In this document: positions 24,831-38,761 of the stretch, in pieces
Layout: every line of letters starts with the position of its first letter
Position numbering within the stretch: position 1 is the stretch's first letter
Origin: Lama glama
Taxonomy: Eukaryota
Assembly (NCBI GenBank): GCA_028534125.1
Contig: CM052817.1
Location: 18,788,001-18,852,000, forward strand
Direction: 5' to 3'
Length of the DNA: 64,000 nucleotides
The notes under the pieces: model-generated
Database searches by the model: none
The model's input: the letters and a program-made list of their open reading frames with translations, nothing else
What the model was told of the DNA's origin: nothing
Program-made: the position numbers and the translations under genes

Positions 24831-26554
24831 CAGACCATATTTTGATTTAAATAGTTATTAGGACCAGTTGAATTCTAAAAATAAGACAAAATTAGAAGCA
24901 GAGCTGCAATAAACATAAAAGGACTGCTTTTTAGAGGAACTGCAATGTTCCACAAATCTGTTTAATAAATTCTAGAATAAAATGTACTAATCATTGAAAA
25001 AATGGTGTATGCCTAGTAAATTTTTGATATTTAAGAAGTCCATAGTTTAATAGTTAAACTGTCCTGGTAAAAAGGGAGAAACCCACTTTCAAAGTAGAGT
25101 GAAAACTTTTTGGTGATACTGCGCTATGCATAAATTACCCATAATGAATTGAGCGATGAGTGAACCAAGTATTTTTATCATGTTCTTCAAAATAAAAACA
25201 GTTTTACCTTCCTAGAGGATGCAACTGGCAGGTATAATCACATTTAATCTTCTTGGTTCACTGAAAATGGAGAAACACACACACACACAAAAGAATGAAA
25301 AATCAGCAAAATTGGCCTTAGTTCTCTCACACCAGGTGTCCTCAATTATTTAAATGGATGTTTTCAGGATGCAGTCGTTTCTCTCCACCAGAACTGCCCC
25401 ACCTCACAGGCAACAGGCATCAGCAGAGCTGTTATTTACTTTGATTCTTATTATGTGGCTCATCTCAGTTTGTATAAAAGGCCTCAGAGAAGTGCACCGA
25501 CATCATCACTAATGCTGGTTATTGCAGCTTCCACTTCTTCTTAGCTTGGTAAAACAGCGCATATTAATTTTTCCTCTTGCGACATTACCTACATAAATAT
25601 TATTAGACATATAACAAGGGCAAGATTTATATGTTGTCCTTTCTTCAAGCTGGTTTTTACTATCTTGCATCAGTTCGAGTTTTGTAGTCTTACCTTGTCT
25701 GTTCAGGCCTGGACTGACTCCTCCGAAGTGAACACACTAAAATATGCTAGAAGAGTCTTTGGTGAAGGTCTCATTCAATGGGAATTTTAGCCTGTTTGGC
25801 TTTGCTTTTATTTTTTTTACATTACATGTTTGTAAGATTTTTGAATTGAAATTTATGTTTTTGGGGTGCACAATATCCTTGGTGATTACACTGAGCTCCG
25901 ATCCAGCGTCATGCGTCTGAGGTAAGATGTGTAAAACAGAACAATTTCTAGTTCCTTTCTTTAGAAGTATTTTTCACAGCTGAGGCAAAATTAAAATCTG
26001 AGCAGCCAATTCAATTTCAAAGAGGGATGAAAAAAATGAAACTTTGGCCATTTATGAATTTCTTGAATGCTTATTATGTTCCCAGTACTTTGCTAACAGT
26101 GATTTTTTGATAGGATTTAAGCAAGGCTGATGGTCATTCTGCAAATGTCAAGACCCCAAAGTGAATATGCTGATCTGTATTTTTGGAATAGGCTGCTGAA
26201 ATATTTCTAGAACAGCAGGTAATTGGTGTCTCCACTTCAATTTGTGTTATATAGTAATGGCTTCAGGGACATTTAATATTAGAAAATCCAGCTCTTCAGA
26301 AAAATCACACATATTAAAATAGTACTCTGAAAGAACTCTCTGGGAATACATTTTGGGGTTTTAAGATATATACTAAGAACCAATAAACTTCTTGATGCCG
26401 CAGCCATAACACTGTATGGGCGTTTCATGAACTATAATGAAAGACTTTGTGGGACATGATTATGGAAGATGGAAGCCTGATGAAGTGGAATCAATAAAGT
26501 ATCAGTATGAAGCCTGAATCACTAATAGGTTTTAGGGTCATGTGATGGTTGAAG

Positions 26555-26692
26555 GTCAGTGAGCCTGAGTTTCTCCATATATTAAATGGGGACGCCGTCA
26601 CCTAACTCCCAGAGCACTTGCAGTCATAGTTTAAATGAAATATAATTGTGTCAAACTCCTGCTTAATAATATGTTGTTCAATAAACATTACA
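26555..26692 (+). mobile_element. MIR SINE
   Basis: gagcctgagtttctccatatattaaatgggg...ttcaataaacatta. Confidence 0.6.
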
Positions 26693-27529
26693 TCCCCTCA
26701 CCAAGATTTACTGGTTGCTTTCTCCTGGAAGCCACATAAAGGAATTCTAGTGATTTGGTGACTTTCTTTGAAATTGACTTTTGTTTTCATGTGGCTTTTT
26801 AGTGACTTCCTAAGGCTGCTTCCTGCTGGAGTAATGTATTGCTCTATGCGTTCTCATGTGTTTCATCCAAGCACTCACATACTGGGTGTAAAATAACTTT
26901 AAATTGTTTCCAGGTCCAGCTGGATGGGATCCCACTCTCCCTTGGAACTCAGCTTGTAGTGATCTGTTACTCATCACAGGTATCAGACCAGAACAGACTC
27001 CAGAATTTATAAAATGCCTTTCTGCATCATCAGTTTTACTGAACTATTACTTATTGTAGTTATCATGTGTTTCAGAAAGTACCTCATGCAAATCTTAGAG
27101 TTGTATTTTATAGATCACTCAGATGTGCCATGCATGTCACCTGGCTCATTTTTATCTCAGTTTCTTATAGGAATGGAGGAAGGCTGAAAGAGTGAAATTA
27201 CTTGGATGACGAAAGTTAATATGTAAATCTGTGTAATGTCTCTATGTCCCTATAAGCAGGTGGTAATATTAGACTCATCATTTAATTAAACTCCACTTTT
27301 CATTAAGCACTTTTTCATTATACAAGCACTGTAACAGAAAATAAATGGTTATTAAGTATCAAATATTCAGGAAGTGAGTTCAAATGGCACCAGTGGAACT
27401 GACAGTGGCAAGGGGTAAGTTTGTGACTAAGGTTAGGACAGATTCTCTAGAATTATGTACATATGTATGCATGTATGTATGTATGCCTGTTTGTATGTAG
27501 TGTATGTGCATCTGTGTGTGTATGTGTCT

Positions 27530-30250
27530 TGATACTAACTTCTTTCAAGTAGCTTTGTGCATTAGAGATTTATCTGTATTAGGGGTGTATCCATAGTTCA
27601 TTTCTTTTTATTTCTCTGTAGTATTCTTTATTTGGGACCTTCCACAGCTCATCAACTCAACAGCTGGAGTCAATTTCCATTTTTTAGTAGTTATGACTAT
27701 AGCTACCATAAACATTTGTGTATAGATTCTTACATGAACCTATGTTTCTGTTTTTTATGAGCTTCTGTTAGTTCTGTTAGTGGTGCACAAGGAATTTGTT
27801 GATTACATACATGTTGTTAAATTTGTAGGCACAAGTTTGTTCATAGTGTCATCTTTTAGTATATGGTATCTGTAGGACCTGAAGTGATGCCCTCTATATT
27901 TCATTTAGAATACTTCTAGTTTTCTTTGAAAGTTATTCTTTTATTCCTGAGTATTTAGAAGTGTGTTGTTTGCTTCTCATATAATTGGCATTTTTCCAAA
28001 TATAGTTCTGTTATTGATTTCAATTTTATTTTGTATGGCCAGTCAATATACTTAATATGATTTTAGTTCTTGAAGTTTGTTAATATTTGTTTTTTGGTTC
28101 AGAATGTGGTAGATCTTGATGAATGTTCAAGTACTGAAAAGAAGGTATACTCTGCTCTTTCTGAGTGGAATATTCTATAAATATCACTTAGGTTCTGTTC
28201 GTTTGATGGTGTTATTTAGAACTTTTATATATTTATTAATTTTATAACTACTTGTCCTATCAATTACTTTAGGATTGTTGAAATAGCAAATTTAAGTATG
28301 AATTTTGTTCACTTCTTCTTGCAGTTCTATCAGTTTTGCTTTATGTATTTCATATTTCTGTTTTTAGTTACATACATGTTAAGAATTGTTGTGTTTTCTT
28401 GGTCAATTGTCCTTCTTAACATTAAGTAAAGTCTCTCTATCACAAGTAATATTTATTGTTCTAATGTGTACTTTTCTGATATTAACAAGCTAGCAACTCC
28501 ATTTGATGAATTAAGTTCAGTATTGTAAACACTAGACATTTTTGCACAGATACAAATAATAAAACACAACAGTGGAGATAAAATGAAACCAGAAAAAGTA
28601 TTCAGCCCACAAGTAGATAGATAAAGAGGGAAAAATAAAAAAAAAGTGGAAAACACCCAAAACAACTATCAGGTTTGTAGATTTTAAGCCAAACGTATCA
28701 ATAATTATATAGAGTAGAACTGGCATAAACAAATCAAAGAACTGAATTTGTCAGATTGGATAAAAATATCAAGGTCGAAAAAACTGTCTAGAAGAAATCC
28801 ACTTTAAATTTATAAACAGGGATAGACAAAAGTAACCAGAGAAAAAGAATAACAAGATATAAGAAATGTCATGTAAATATCAATCAAAATAAAGCTAAAA
28901 TTTCTTTTTCCATTTTATTCTTAGTTTCTAAAATTTCTTATGTTTATGTTATCTTTTTCATGAGAGATGTTAAATTATTAATTGTAGTTAATTTAAATTC
29001 CCTGTCTACTAATTTTGTGTCATCTATGAGTCTCATTCTGTTGAATATGTTGTTTCTTGATGGTGAACTGTATTTTTTTTTTTCTTTGCTTTGTGTGTGT
29101 CTATTGATAGTTTTCACTGATTGCCAGAAACAGTGTGCAAAACAGTAGAGACAGAAGTACATAGTATTTTTGCTTGGAAATGGGCACAATTCTCCTTCTG
29201 CTATGATGTTAACATGGGGATTGAGTTAATCTAGACAGGAGTTGAGCTAGTTCTGTATTTTGTTGGCAATATTTTTTACCTTCAGTTCACAGCAATTTCA
29301 AATTCCTCTGTTCTGCTTCTTTCTTAGGGTGAGGACTGTTGGTCGGGTTTTTTTCCCCACCAACTTTCCTGCTCCAACCTCGGCCTTGGGCCTTCCCTGT
29401 GTGTCTGAACTGCAGATGGGCACTCTCTCTACCCTCTTGTCCTTCTCCAGCAGTAGAATGTCTTCTTGTTTGTTATTCAGTACTACGCTAACCTGGTGGT
29501 GGGTCGTCTGAGAGGGCCCTTTGTTGTCTCGGATCAGCCTTATTCTTAGACAAGACCTCTATACTGATGCCCAGTGGGTAGTAACTCCTCTGTGACTCAG
29601 CTCCTTCGTCTGCGATGGACAATCTCTAATGGTCTGGCCCAGGATGATTTTTCTGCCCCTCCCCCAAACGTAGATGGCTTTTCCTTTGTTATTTCTTCCA
29701 GTCGCAGTAGGTCTTCACTGTGCTCTGGGGATGGCCCGGCTTTCTCCTTTGTCCTCAGTGGCTTAAATCTTTTGTTCCTCAGGGTCTCTTTGGGACTTCA
29801 TTCCTTTCTGAACTGGTGACTGTGCCCCTCCTCTAGACCTGTGCCACCAAAGAAGGCTTTCTTCAATCTCCTTCCTACCATTATTCTTTCTTGTGAGTGC
29901 CCAATGGCCATGAAGAAAAACCTGTTAGAGGGTGCAATTTCCCCTGAATCTAATCACCCAGAGTTCTTCCACTCTCTCGTTACCCTATACGCACCCTTTA
30001 GTAATTTGTTAAAAAAATTTAGCTATTTTTTCTTACCTGCTTGAGTGGAGGTGCTGTCTTTCTCCTGATGCCACAGGTAAGCCAGTACTTATGTTCATCT
30101 CCTCTAGGGAAACCTCGTCATATCCTAGATTTCAGGCTGTTTGTTTACAGCTCTCTGATGGGTTCAAAAAAAATAAATATATGCTTTTAGTGTTTTATAT
30201 ATCATTCTGTTATATTATTTTTCATTTTCATATTTATAACTTTTATACCT
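27530..30250 (-). mobile_element. Old, deleted L1 (3' UTR piece, ORF2 5' part, ORF1 start and 5' UTR) with an internal inverted segment
   Basis: T-rich antisense ORF2-like sequence (tatttagaagtgtgttgttt; tcttgatgaatgttc; ttgcagttctatcagttttgctttatgtattt), then 5'-UTR-like sequence to ~30170. Segment 28501-28896 is in sense orientation. Confidence 0.8.
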
Positions 30251-30364
30251 TCATTTTGAGTTATAATTAAAGCAAACATTTTAGTGATTTTATCTAATTC
30301 AGTTATATAGTCTAGAGCGTATTTAAGTAAACTAGATTAATTCTAATTCCTTCCTCAATTTTCA

Positions 30365-30536
30365 TTAAAAATTTTTTTTTCTTTTTAAAGTCCAAAAATC
30401 CTTTTTTGGGGGGAGGGTGTGATTAGGTATTTATTTATTTATTTATTCTTACTTTTCAATGGAGGGGATTGAACCTAGGACTTTGTTCATGCTAAGCACA
30501 CACTCTACCACTGAGTTATACCCTCCTCTCCCTCAC
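30365..30536 (-). mobile_element. tRNA-Ala-derived SINE (vic-1 type)
   Basis: ggggattgaacctagg...gctaagcacacactctaccactgagttataccctcc; candidate TSD caattttca at 30356-30364 and 30537-30545. Confidence 0.88.
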
Positions 30537-32154
30537 CAATTTTCAGTGCATAACAATTAAATTGTTTCCATATTTTAAAGGTTTTTTAAAAAATCTTTAC
30601 TGCTATAATCTGTATAATCATTTTCCCATATAAATCTTACAAAATATTTAATTCATTTAAAGTTTTCAAACTTTTACCATTGTTAGATTTTATTGTGGAT
30701 ATCACTATTACAAAATTCAAATTTTCCAGGTCAAAACTTTTAAATCTAGATCTTGTAAATAATGCTAAATTGTTCTTTAAAAATGTAGGCAGTAATGATT
30801 TTATTTTGTATTCTTTATTAGATATAATCAGTATCATTCTGTGTTGACTATTTCTACTAAGTCTATTTTTTTCTGGGATAATTTTTGTAAATTTTAATTG
30901 TAATGAATGGATATGAATCTATTTATGTTTACATTTATGGTATATTTTAGTTTATACATTTTAGTTGTTGTAATTTTCCTGTTGTTTATTTTTACAGTGA
31001 TGTTTACTAGGCATTGGATAGAAGCTTGTAGTTTAGTCTCTGGAGCAAATAGCAACAAACATAAACAGGAAAAGGGCATTCAATGTGGACATATATTGCT
31101 ATAGGAGAGATACGGAGACATCATTTCAGGCTATAGAAGGGGATGAAAAATTCTAATAAAGGGCAAGAATCATCAAACCAATGACAAGAGAAAGGGTAGA
31201 TAGGTATAGAGACCAACACAAAAGAAATAATGAGGCTATACTGGAAAAATAGGAGACAAGCTCTATTAGAGACAGGTTATTAAACATTTCAGAGTGGCTT
31301 ACAGAGCTTGTGAATAGTAATAGCAAAATGGGCCAAGGTGAGGAATAGCCTGTGCTGGAATCTGCAAACCCTCCCCTCCTTCACAGACATCTGAGGAGAG
31401 GTTTGTGAGCAGTAATACTGGACTACAAAATTTCCTTGGAAATATATTCCTTCTATAAATACGAATCAGTAAAATAAAGTGTGTGCCGTGCATCTTGTGT
31501 GGGGACGACATACTTCTGCCTGATTCTTTATTAGTAGTGCTGTGGCCACATACACTAAATAAATAATATGCAATCTTTAAGTATGCTTTGGAAGGCTTTG
31601 TAGAATTTGTATATAGAAAAAAAAAGTAAATCGATTATTCACACACAAAATTGAACAAAGTTGAAGGCAAAGATTTATAAAATTTCACATTTTCCAATGT
31701 AATTAATTATGGGTGTGTGTGCGTGTGCATGCACATGCACTTTGGCTAAGAGAATTGCTGAGCAGTAATTTAGTCAGATAATAAAATGCACTGCTTTTGC
31801 TTATATTTTTTTTCTTCAGTGTGGTTTTACACGATCAACACACCTTATAGTTATGTGTATTTTGATTATTTTGTGAATACCCACATCACCCCTGATGCTC
31901 TCTAGCATCAAAAGAATAGGCTTAGTCCTGTCTTAAGCCAGACTCAGAGGAAAGTACTTCTCACAGATCTGCACCTAGATTTCACTCATTACTGATTTTT
32001 TCCCATAATCACCCCCAAATTCTGACTCCTTTTGCATCATGCTACTATTGTTAACAATTTTCAATAAAGAACAGTATAACCTATTACAAAAACAAGTAGA
32101 AGGAAAAGAATTTGATGCCCATGTGGTAGGTGAGAGTTTTATCTTTAAGTTCAA

Positions 32155-33290
32155 CTATTCATTCCTTCATCTGAAGGTATTTCTTACACACCAGAAACTA
32201 TTCTAGGTACTAAGGAGATGGCAGTGAGTAAAACTGACTCAATCCCTGGCTTCATAATGTCAAATTCCACTTGGATGAGACAGAATATACACAAACAAGG
32301 TAAATGTATTTGTTGATGATAAGTGCACTAGTTAAAAAAACACACACACACACAGAAAGGAGGATCAGGAACAAGTATTAGGAGAGACAATTTTACTTGT
32401 CACTGAGCGATTAACTGAATTGTAGCAACATCCTGATGGAGATCAGGGGCAAACCACTCATATTTCAAGAAAGAGTATAAAGACAGTAGAGAAAACAAAA
32501 CCTAACTTTGGTAGATGCATGCCTGATCTGTCTGAATTAACAAAAACAAACAACCCCCCTCCCCCAAACCCCAGTAAGCCATTGTAAGAATCTTGGCATT
32601 TACTCTGATTGGGACAGGAAGGTGTTAAGAGGCTGCACAAAGGGATGAAGTGATGTGACTATTTCAGTGGGATTGCACTGGTAGCTTTACGGAGCATGGT
32701 CCTTTGGCAACTAAGAGCAAAGGCAGACAACATTTAGCCAGCTAGTGAGTCATGGTAATGGCCTGTTTCAGTGAGTTTGTGTGGGGGCAGTGAGAAATGG
32801 TCAAATTCTAAATATATTATGAAGATAGAGGTGGCAGATTATCTTGATTGGTAGGATGAGAGAAAAAGCAAGGATGATTTAAAGTTCTTTTCTTTTTCCC
32901 CTGAGCAACTGGAAGGACAGAGTTCCCATTAAACAAGAGGGGGAAGGCTATATAATAGGTTTGGAGAGAAAGATCAATATTTCAATTTTGGACACATCAG
33001 TTTTGAGTGTTCAAGATAAGATAAACAGGCAGAATAAGTAAAGTTATATAGGCAGTTGAATATACAAGTCTGAAATTTCACGGGAAATCCAGACTGAAGG
33101 TATAAAGTTTGAGGTCGTTATCATCACCATCATGTATTTAGTATCAAAGTCATTATATTAGATAAAGTTTTCAAGTTAGTGAGTATACACTTCCAAGTGA
33201 GCAGAAATAAGTTAAAGAGGTATAAGGGCTCATTTGAGACTCAGAAACAAAGAATAACCATTGAAGAATAATGAGAAAAAAGAAAGAATC
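32155..33290 (-). mobile_element. L2 (L2a-like)
   Basis: ctattctaggtactaaggagatggcagtgagtaaaac...cctgagcaactggaaggacagagttcccatt...aggcagttgaatatacaagtctg. Confidence 0.8.
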
Positions 33291-33319
33291 CTATTCCACT
33301 CATAGTCATTGGCTACTTT

Positions 33320-33510
33320 TAAATTGCCAGGCATTTTAATATGTGATTTAATTTAATCATTGAAAATTGTGTATAGGAGAGGAAATGATCTCCCTGCTAT
33401 AAATGAGGAAAATAATTTGGAAGGATCATCTTACTCAAGGACACATATTTTAAGTAGTCAATATTGTATTTGAATTCTGGTGTTGGGATTTCAAGTTAAC
33501 TTTCCACTAT
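33320..33510 (-). mobile_element. MIR SINE (diverged)
   Basis: tgccaggcatttt...atttaatcat...ataaatgaggaaa...cttactcaagg. Confidence 0.5.
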
Positions 33511-34898
33511 TCAGGTAACTCATGGTCCCTTCAACGTTTTTGTCTTTGGATTCACTAGATGAAAGTATCAACTCTGAACAGAGGCTTAAATATTACAAAA
33601 TGAATACAGTTAAGCACTGGCCACAACAATTTAGTAAACATCATTTTGGCCATAATCTGAGGTGATACTAGTAAGTTTGGCAAGAGTTTGAAGTGTGTAA
33701 GGAGGATGAGAGAATTTGAAACAAGCAAAGGACAGTAGGCAGGACAGATGGAAAACCTGGGGCTCTGCACATGTAAAGTAGGCTTGAGTAGGTTGCTCAG
33801 TGGAATTCCAGGGCTGCCAAGGATCAGGATGAGGCACTGAGTTCCTGTCATATACGACATGAACGTGATATTTTTCTTAGATGTGAAATGAATAAGAAAA
33901 AAAGTAAAGAACACATCAAGCTTTAACAAAAGTTCAGTAAACACTTATTAAGTACCTACTAGCGAGATGATGGAATCTATGCTGGTTCAAAGATACAAGT
34001 GTAATCGTATGATGTGATCATATCTCTTGTTTTTTGTTTTCTACTAATTCTCAAGTACCACTGCAGGAATTTCAAAATCCCCATTGTATACATTTCAGTG
34101 CTTCTGCATCCCTGTATTTCATGTCAGTTTCTTTAGCTACAGCAGTGAATTAAGAAGAAATAAAAGAAAAAGCCTTTCACTTGGCCTTTTACTATTCATT
34201 GCTAAAGATCTCTTCTAGTGAGAATAACTTTGAATGCTAATAATTTGCATCATGGATGTAATTTTTGAATAGAATTATTATATATCTTGTAAACACAGGT
34301 GTTTAGAATTTAGACCCAAATGGATCCCTCTGTGAAAAAGAAGAGTTGGTAAGTTACAAAATATCTTATTTTCTCTGTCTCATTTGCTATCTACGTATAA
34401 TACTACCCTGGTTTATAATATCAGTTTTCAGCTATGTGTGTGGCAGAGTGATGTCTGGTAAAGTTTCGTTTATCATTATTTATGAATAGATTCTATGGAG
34501 CATAAAACTTGCTGAAAGCTCACAGGTAAAAATATTTCAGGACAAAAGTGAAGTTACAGAGGCAAGCTCTGCTATTTAAAGGTTCCAGAACCAACTGAGC
34601 AATAAATATGAGTCTGGAGTTCTTATCATCCTAGTAACAGTACCTGCGAGTCACAGTGGACCCACAACACCGCCAATCCCCCAGCACTGGAAGCACCCTG
34701 AGGAAAATGCTTGCCTGCTCTGATTTTGTTGGACAGTGGTCTCTATCTGAAATTATATTATCCCTGATTTGACCTAATTATTTGTATCGGTACAAACTCC
34801 TGGGAATTCATTTGACTTCCAGGATCAAGAAAGGAGGCTCTGGAATCCTAACCAACTTCTGTTACCCTCCTTTTCATGAGTCCTTTTTTGTTTGAAGT

Positions 34899-35266
34899 CA
34901 GTAGTTCTTAAGTGTAGTTCATGAATACCTGGGGGTCCCAGAGATAATTTCAGGTGATTTGAAGATTAAAATTTTTTTCTATAATGATATGAAATCATCA
35001 TTTGCCTTTTTATTATGTTGACATTTGCCCTGATGATACAAAAGCAATGGTGGGTAAAAAGCTCTTATATTTTATGTTGTTACTTGAAAAAAAAGCCTAA
35101 AAAATTATGGTTATTCAAGCTTGAGATTTTGGTATACATTTTCTCCAAATGTATGAAGTGAGTGTCTCAACTGGCAGGAGTTGCTGGCACAATGTGAGCT
35201 TCCCAGAGAAAATGAGAACTTTGGAAAACTTGACTCAACCACTGTGAGCTTGACAGCTTTTCAGTA
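34899..35266 (+). mobile_element. Charlie1-like hAT DNA transposon fragment
   Basis: cagtagttctta terminus, cctgggggtccc, ttgacatttgccctgatgatacaaaagcaatggtgggtaaaa, ccactgtgagcttgacagctt. Confidence 0.8.
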
Positions 35267-35830
35267 CATCTACCAGTTTTGTACCACTGTGTAACAAGTC
35301 ATAAACTTAGTGGCTTAAAATCATAATCATTTATTAGCTCTCAGGTCTATAGAGCTGAGGTCTGGGCATGGTACAGCTGAGAGCTTAGCCTTACAAGGCT
35401 GAAATTTAGGTGTTAGCCAGGTTGCATTCCTTTCTAGAACCTCAAGTCCTTTCCCGAGCTCATGTGCTTGTTTGTAGAATTCAGTGGTTGTAGGACTGAC
35501 CCCACTTTCTTATTGACTGTTGTCCAGAGGTCACTGTCAATTCCTAGAGGCCACTCTTAAGTCCTACCATGTTCCTTTCCCCTCCGACTTCCAGTCCAGT
35601 AATGGAGAATTTCCCTCCTGTCAAATCCCAGTCTTTAGAAAGAGACTAGTGCCTGTTAAGGGTTGACCTATTTATAATTAGGCCAGTCTTACCAAAAATA
35701 ATCTTTTCTTAAGGTCAGCTGTGCCGGGTAGCATAACTTCATCATGGTAGTGAATCTCACCATATTCACAGGTTCAAGGAGAGCATAGTGTACAGGGTGT
35801 ATACTGATGTTGGATACCCACCACCTCACA
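35267..35830 (-). mobile_element. MLT1E-like LTR
   Basis: tgtgtaacaagtcataaacttagtggcttaaaa...gtagaattcagtggttgtaggactga...catattcacagg. Confidence 0.8.
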
Positions 35831-36429
35831 AGCTCAGTATCATGTCATTCCTGAGCACAGAGTGGATTTGTATCTTTAGGTCTGGATTAAAGTTTCCTTT
35901 CAACCTTCAGAATGCAAATAACCTTACTCTACCACTTCTCAGACAACTGGGTTATTCTTTAATCTTTAAAACAAAAATTACTCTGTGCCTGGAGGAAGCT
36001 CATTTCCACCCTTCTGGGGAGATTACCTCCCCGCAGAAAAAACTAAAGGGCCTGAAGTCCATAATGCTCAATCTTACCCTGTCTGTGATGGAGTGTTCAT
36101 TAGAGTAAATTTAAGATAATTTTCCGATACTGCTAGGAAAAAGGAAAGGACAACAATAAACAAATGCTCTTGCTGTTAGGATTCTTGAACACAAAAACGT
36201 ATCTGAAGCAGTCCTTGCTTCCCCCAAGAATCTTACAATATGGCAAAAGGCAGAACTCTAAACCTAATTCTATTGTTAAATGAGCCCTATTCTAGTTTCC
36301 ATACTGGTTCCCAGAGTTTCTATATTATATGGAAATGATCTGTCTATGCACTGGTCATTGAGCACTCTCAGTTTGCTGGGTATTTAATAATGACAATGAG
36401 GATGTGATAAAATGAATCACATATATATA

Positions 36430-36645
36430 TATCATTTACTTTCCTTAGCATTATAACTTAGTGCAATATTTCTGTGGTACTGGTATTATTCCAATTTTAT
36501 AAACCAGGAAACTGAGGCACAGAAGAGTTGCATATGGTGTCCCACATCCTGTGATCTCACAGATAGTAAGGGACAAATTTAAGTTTACACCTGAGGTAGT
36601 CTAGTTCCTGAGACTGAATTCTCAGTCTTTATACCTTACCGCCTC
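36430..36645 (-). mobile_element. MIR SINE
   Basis: tattattccaattttataaaccaggaaactgaggcacaga. Confidence 0.7.
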
Positions 36646-38649
36646 TCTTAAATCTCTAAAAATTATTTAAAAAACCATAAACTTCAATATAATAAACACT
36701 ATATATGAGTGTTATTTATAATATCAAATGTCCAGTAAATGCCATAAAGAGTCTCTCTATAACAATTCTCAGGCATCCTTGAGGTTTCACTTTTATGGGA
36801 AGAAAAATGGCAGGAGAGACATAATTAACTATAACCATTTCTTGTGAACCTAGCTGGGCACTTTTATATGCAATTTATAGAACAGCTAATATTCATTCAT
36901 TCATCAATAGAAATTATCTGTTAATCTTCTTGAAAGTAATGGAAGGCTAAAGTTCCAGATTTATTTTTTTTCTCTCTCCATCCTAGAACTGAATCAGATA
37001 ATCTCTTCCCAGGACTTCAAGGATAGGTCATTTCCTATACAAATCATTCCTTTTTATATCACCCAAAGCATCATTTTTCACTATCAGTCTGTTTTCTCAG
37101 GTAAATCTCTATTGTTGTAGAATTAAGGTCCTGGAGGTTAACTGGCCGTCTTCAGAAAATGAAATGACCCCAGAATGATCCCCCCCCTCTCTTTTTGTCT
37201 TTTTTGGCATGAAAGAGTAATAATTTGCTTTTGATTATACAGCATCATTAAATATTGTCATTAGAAGAGGCTCTGAAAGCCATGTGGTCAGCGTGACAAC
37301 AAAGACACTGAGTCTAAGAGAGTTTAGATGAGTTGTTAAAGTTCACACAGCTAATTACTTGCACAGCATGGATTAAAACAGAGAGCTCCTGATTCAAAGT
37401 CTAGCGGTCTTCATCAGGATGATGTGATACCCAGGAAAGCCGGTACGTATTAATATAATCACATTTCATGACAGACCTCCATGCTGTGGGTATCTGACAA
37501 CAGAGACTAGACTATAAAATTTATTCTCCTTTCCCTTTAAGGTTCTTAACAAAGAGTTGAAGTGAAAGAAATTCATATTCTTTTTTTTTATATGACGCTT
37601 TTGTTGACTTGAATAACAATCATAAAGTGGTGAAAACAGAAGTTCTTCTTCAACTTAATTATAGATACACTAGTAGTTCTTTGTAGTCAACTCTTAATTT
37701 GCATGTCTAATGTCTTGAATTATCTTTCCACATTTAAATTTATTAAGAGAAGAAAAAAGTGATTGTTAAACAAATCTACATACATTAAGCAAAGCTTTTT
37801 TCCCTCTCTGCTTTGAAAAATACCCTGTTCCATATTAGGGTTTAAATAAATGGCAATATTTATTAATTCACAAAGACTTATATAGCTTTGTGATTATGAA
37901 CAAGGGAAAATATTAGAAAAGGTAAAGTTAGCAAAAAAAAATCTTTAAGCAAAAATTCCATGTCAGTCAAAAACATTAAAGCTTGATGCTTTGAAATTCC
38001 AGTTGCTAAGCCTTGGGCACAAAACAAGAAACTAACGAGGTTGACTGAATAAAGCACACACATTCATGAATAGTTGGCAGGTTTTGAAAATGTTAAAATA
38101 TGGACGTTGGGCTTTATATATGTATAAATATGTATTAATGCTTGTATATAGGTATTTAAAATTATTTACTGGTGCCATTCTTCAGGAAAATAGGAAATAA
38201 AAAATATTTCATAGATTGAAAATGTGATAAAAGAAACAGAAAATGAAATATTTGGGACAAAATATGGCACCTATGATGGCCATTAACTATCTAAAAAAGG
38301 TTAAAAAGTACTTTCTTGACATTGAATATTTAGGTAGAGTTTGAAATTTAACTTTTGCATTTCGTTTTTCTTAATCAATTGTGCTGTTACGCCTACCACG
38401 CAATGCTCAGACAAGGCAGAGCTGTCATCAGAAAGCCAGTTTGAGACGGGGAGGATGAATTTCTACTTACAAAGAAAGGACATGGCAGGATCTTTCAGCC
38501 AGGGTTTTAGAGTCAGACCTTGAGTGAAAACGGCCATTAGGGCCAGTATCAATTCAATGTCACTTTGGAAGATGTCAATTAGGATTGCATCTCTGGAGAG
38601 ATGTTTCATTTATTTATTTATACCATTTACTAAACTAAAAAATTCATCA

Positions 38650-38761
38650 ACTAGATCTATTGTGATTACTTTGCAATATATAAAAATATGGAATCATTGT
38701 GTTATACACCTGAAACTAATATAAACTATGTCCATTACACCTCACTATTTAAAAAAAAAAA
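38650..38761 (+). mobile_element. Short L1 3' end with poly(A)
   Basis: ttgcaatatataaaaatatggaatcattgtgttatacacctgaaactaatata...aaaaaaaaaa. Confidence 0.8.
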
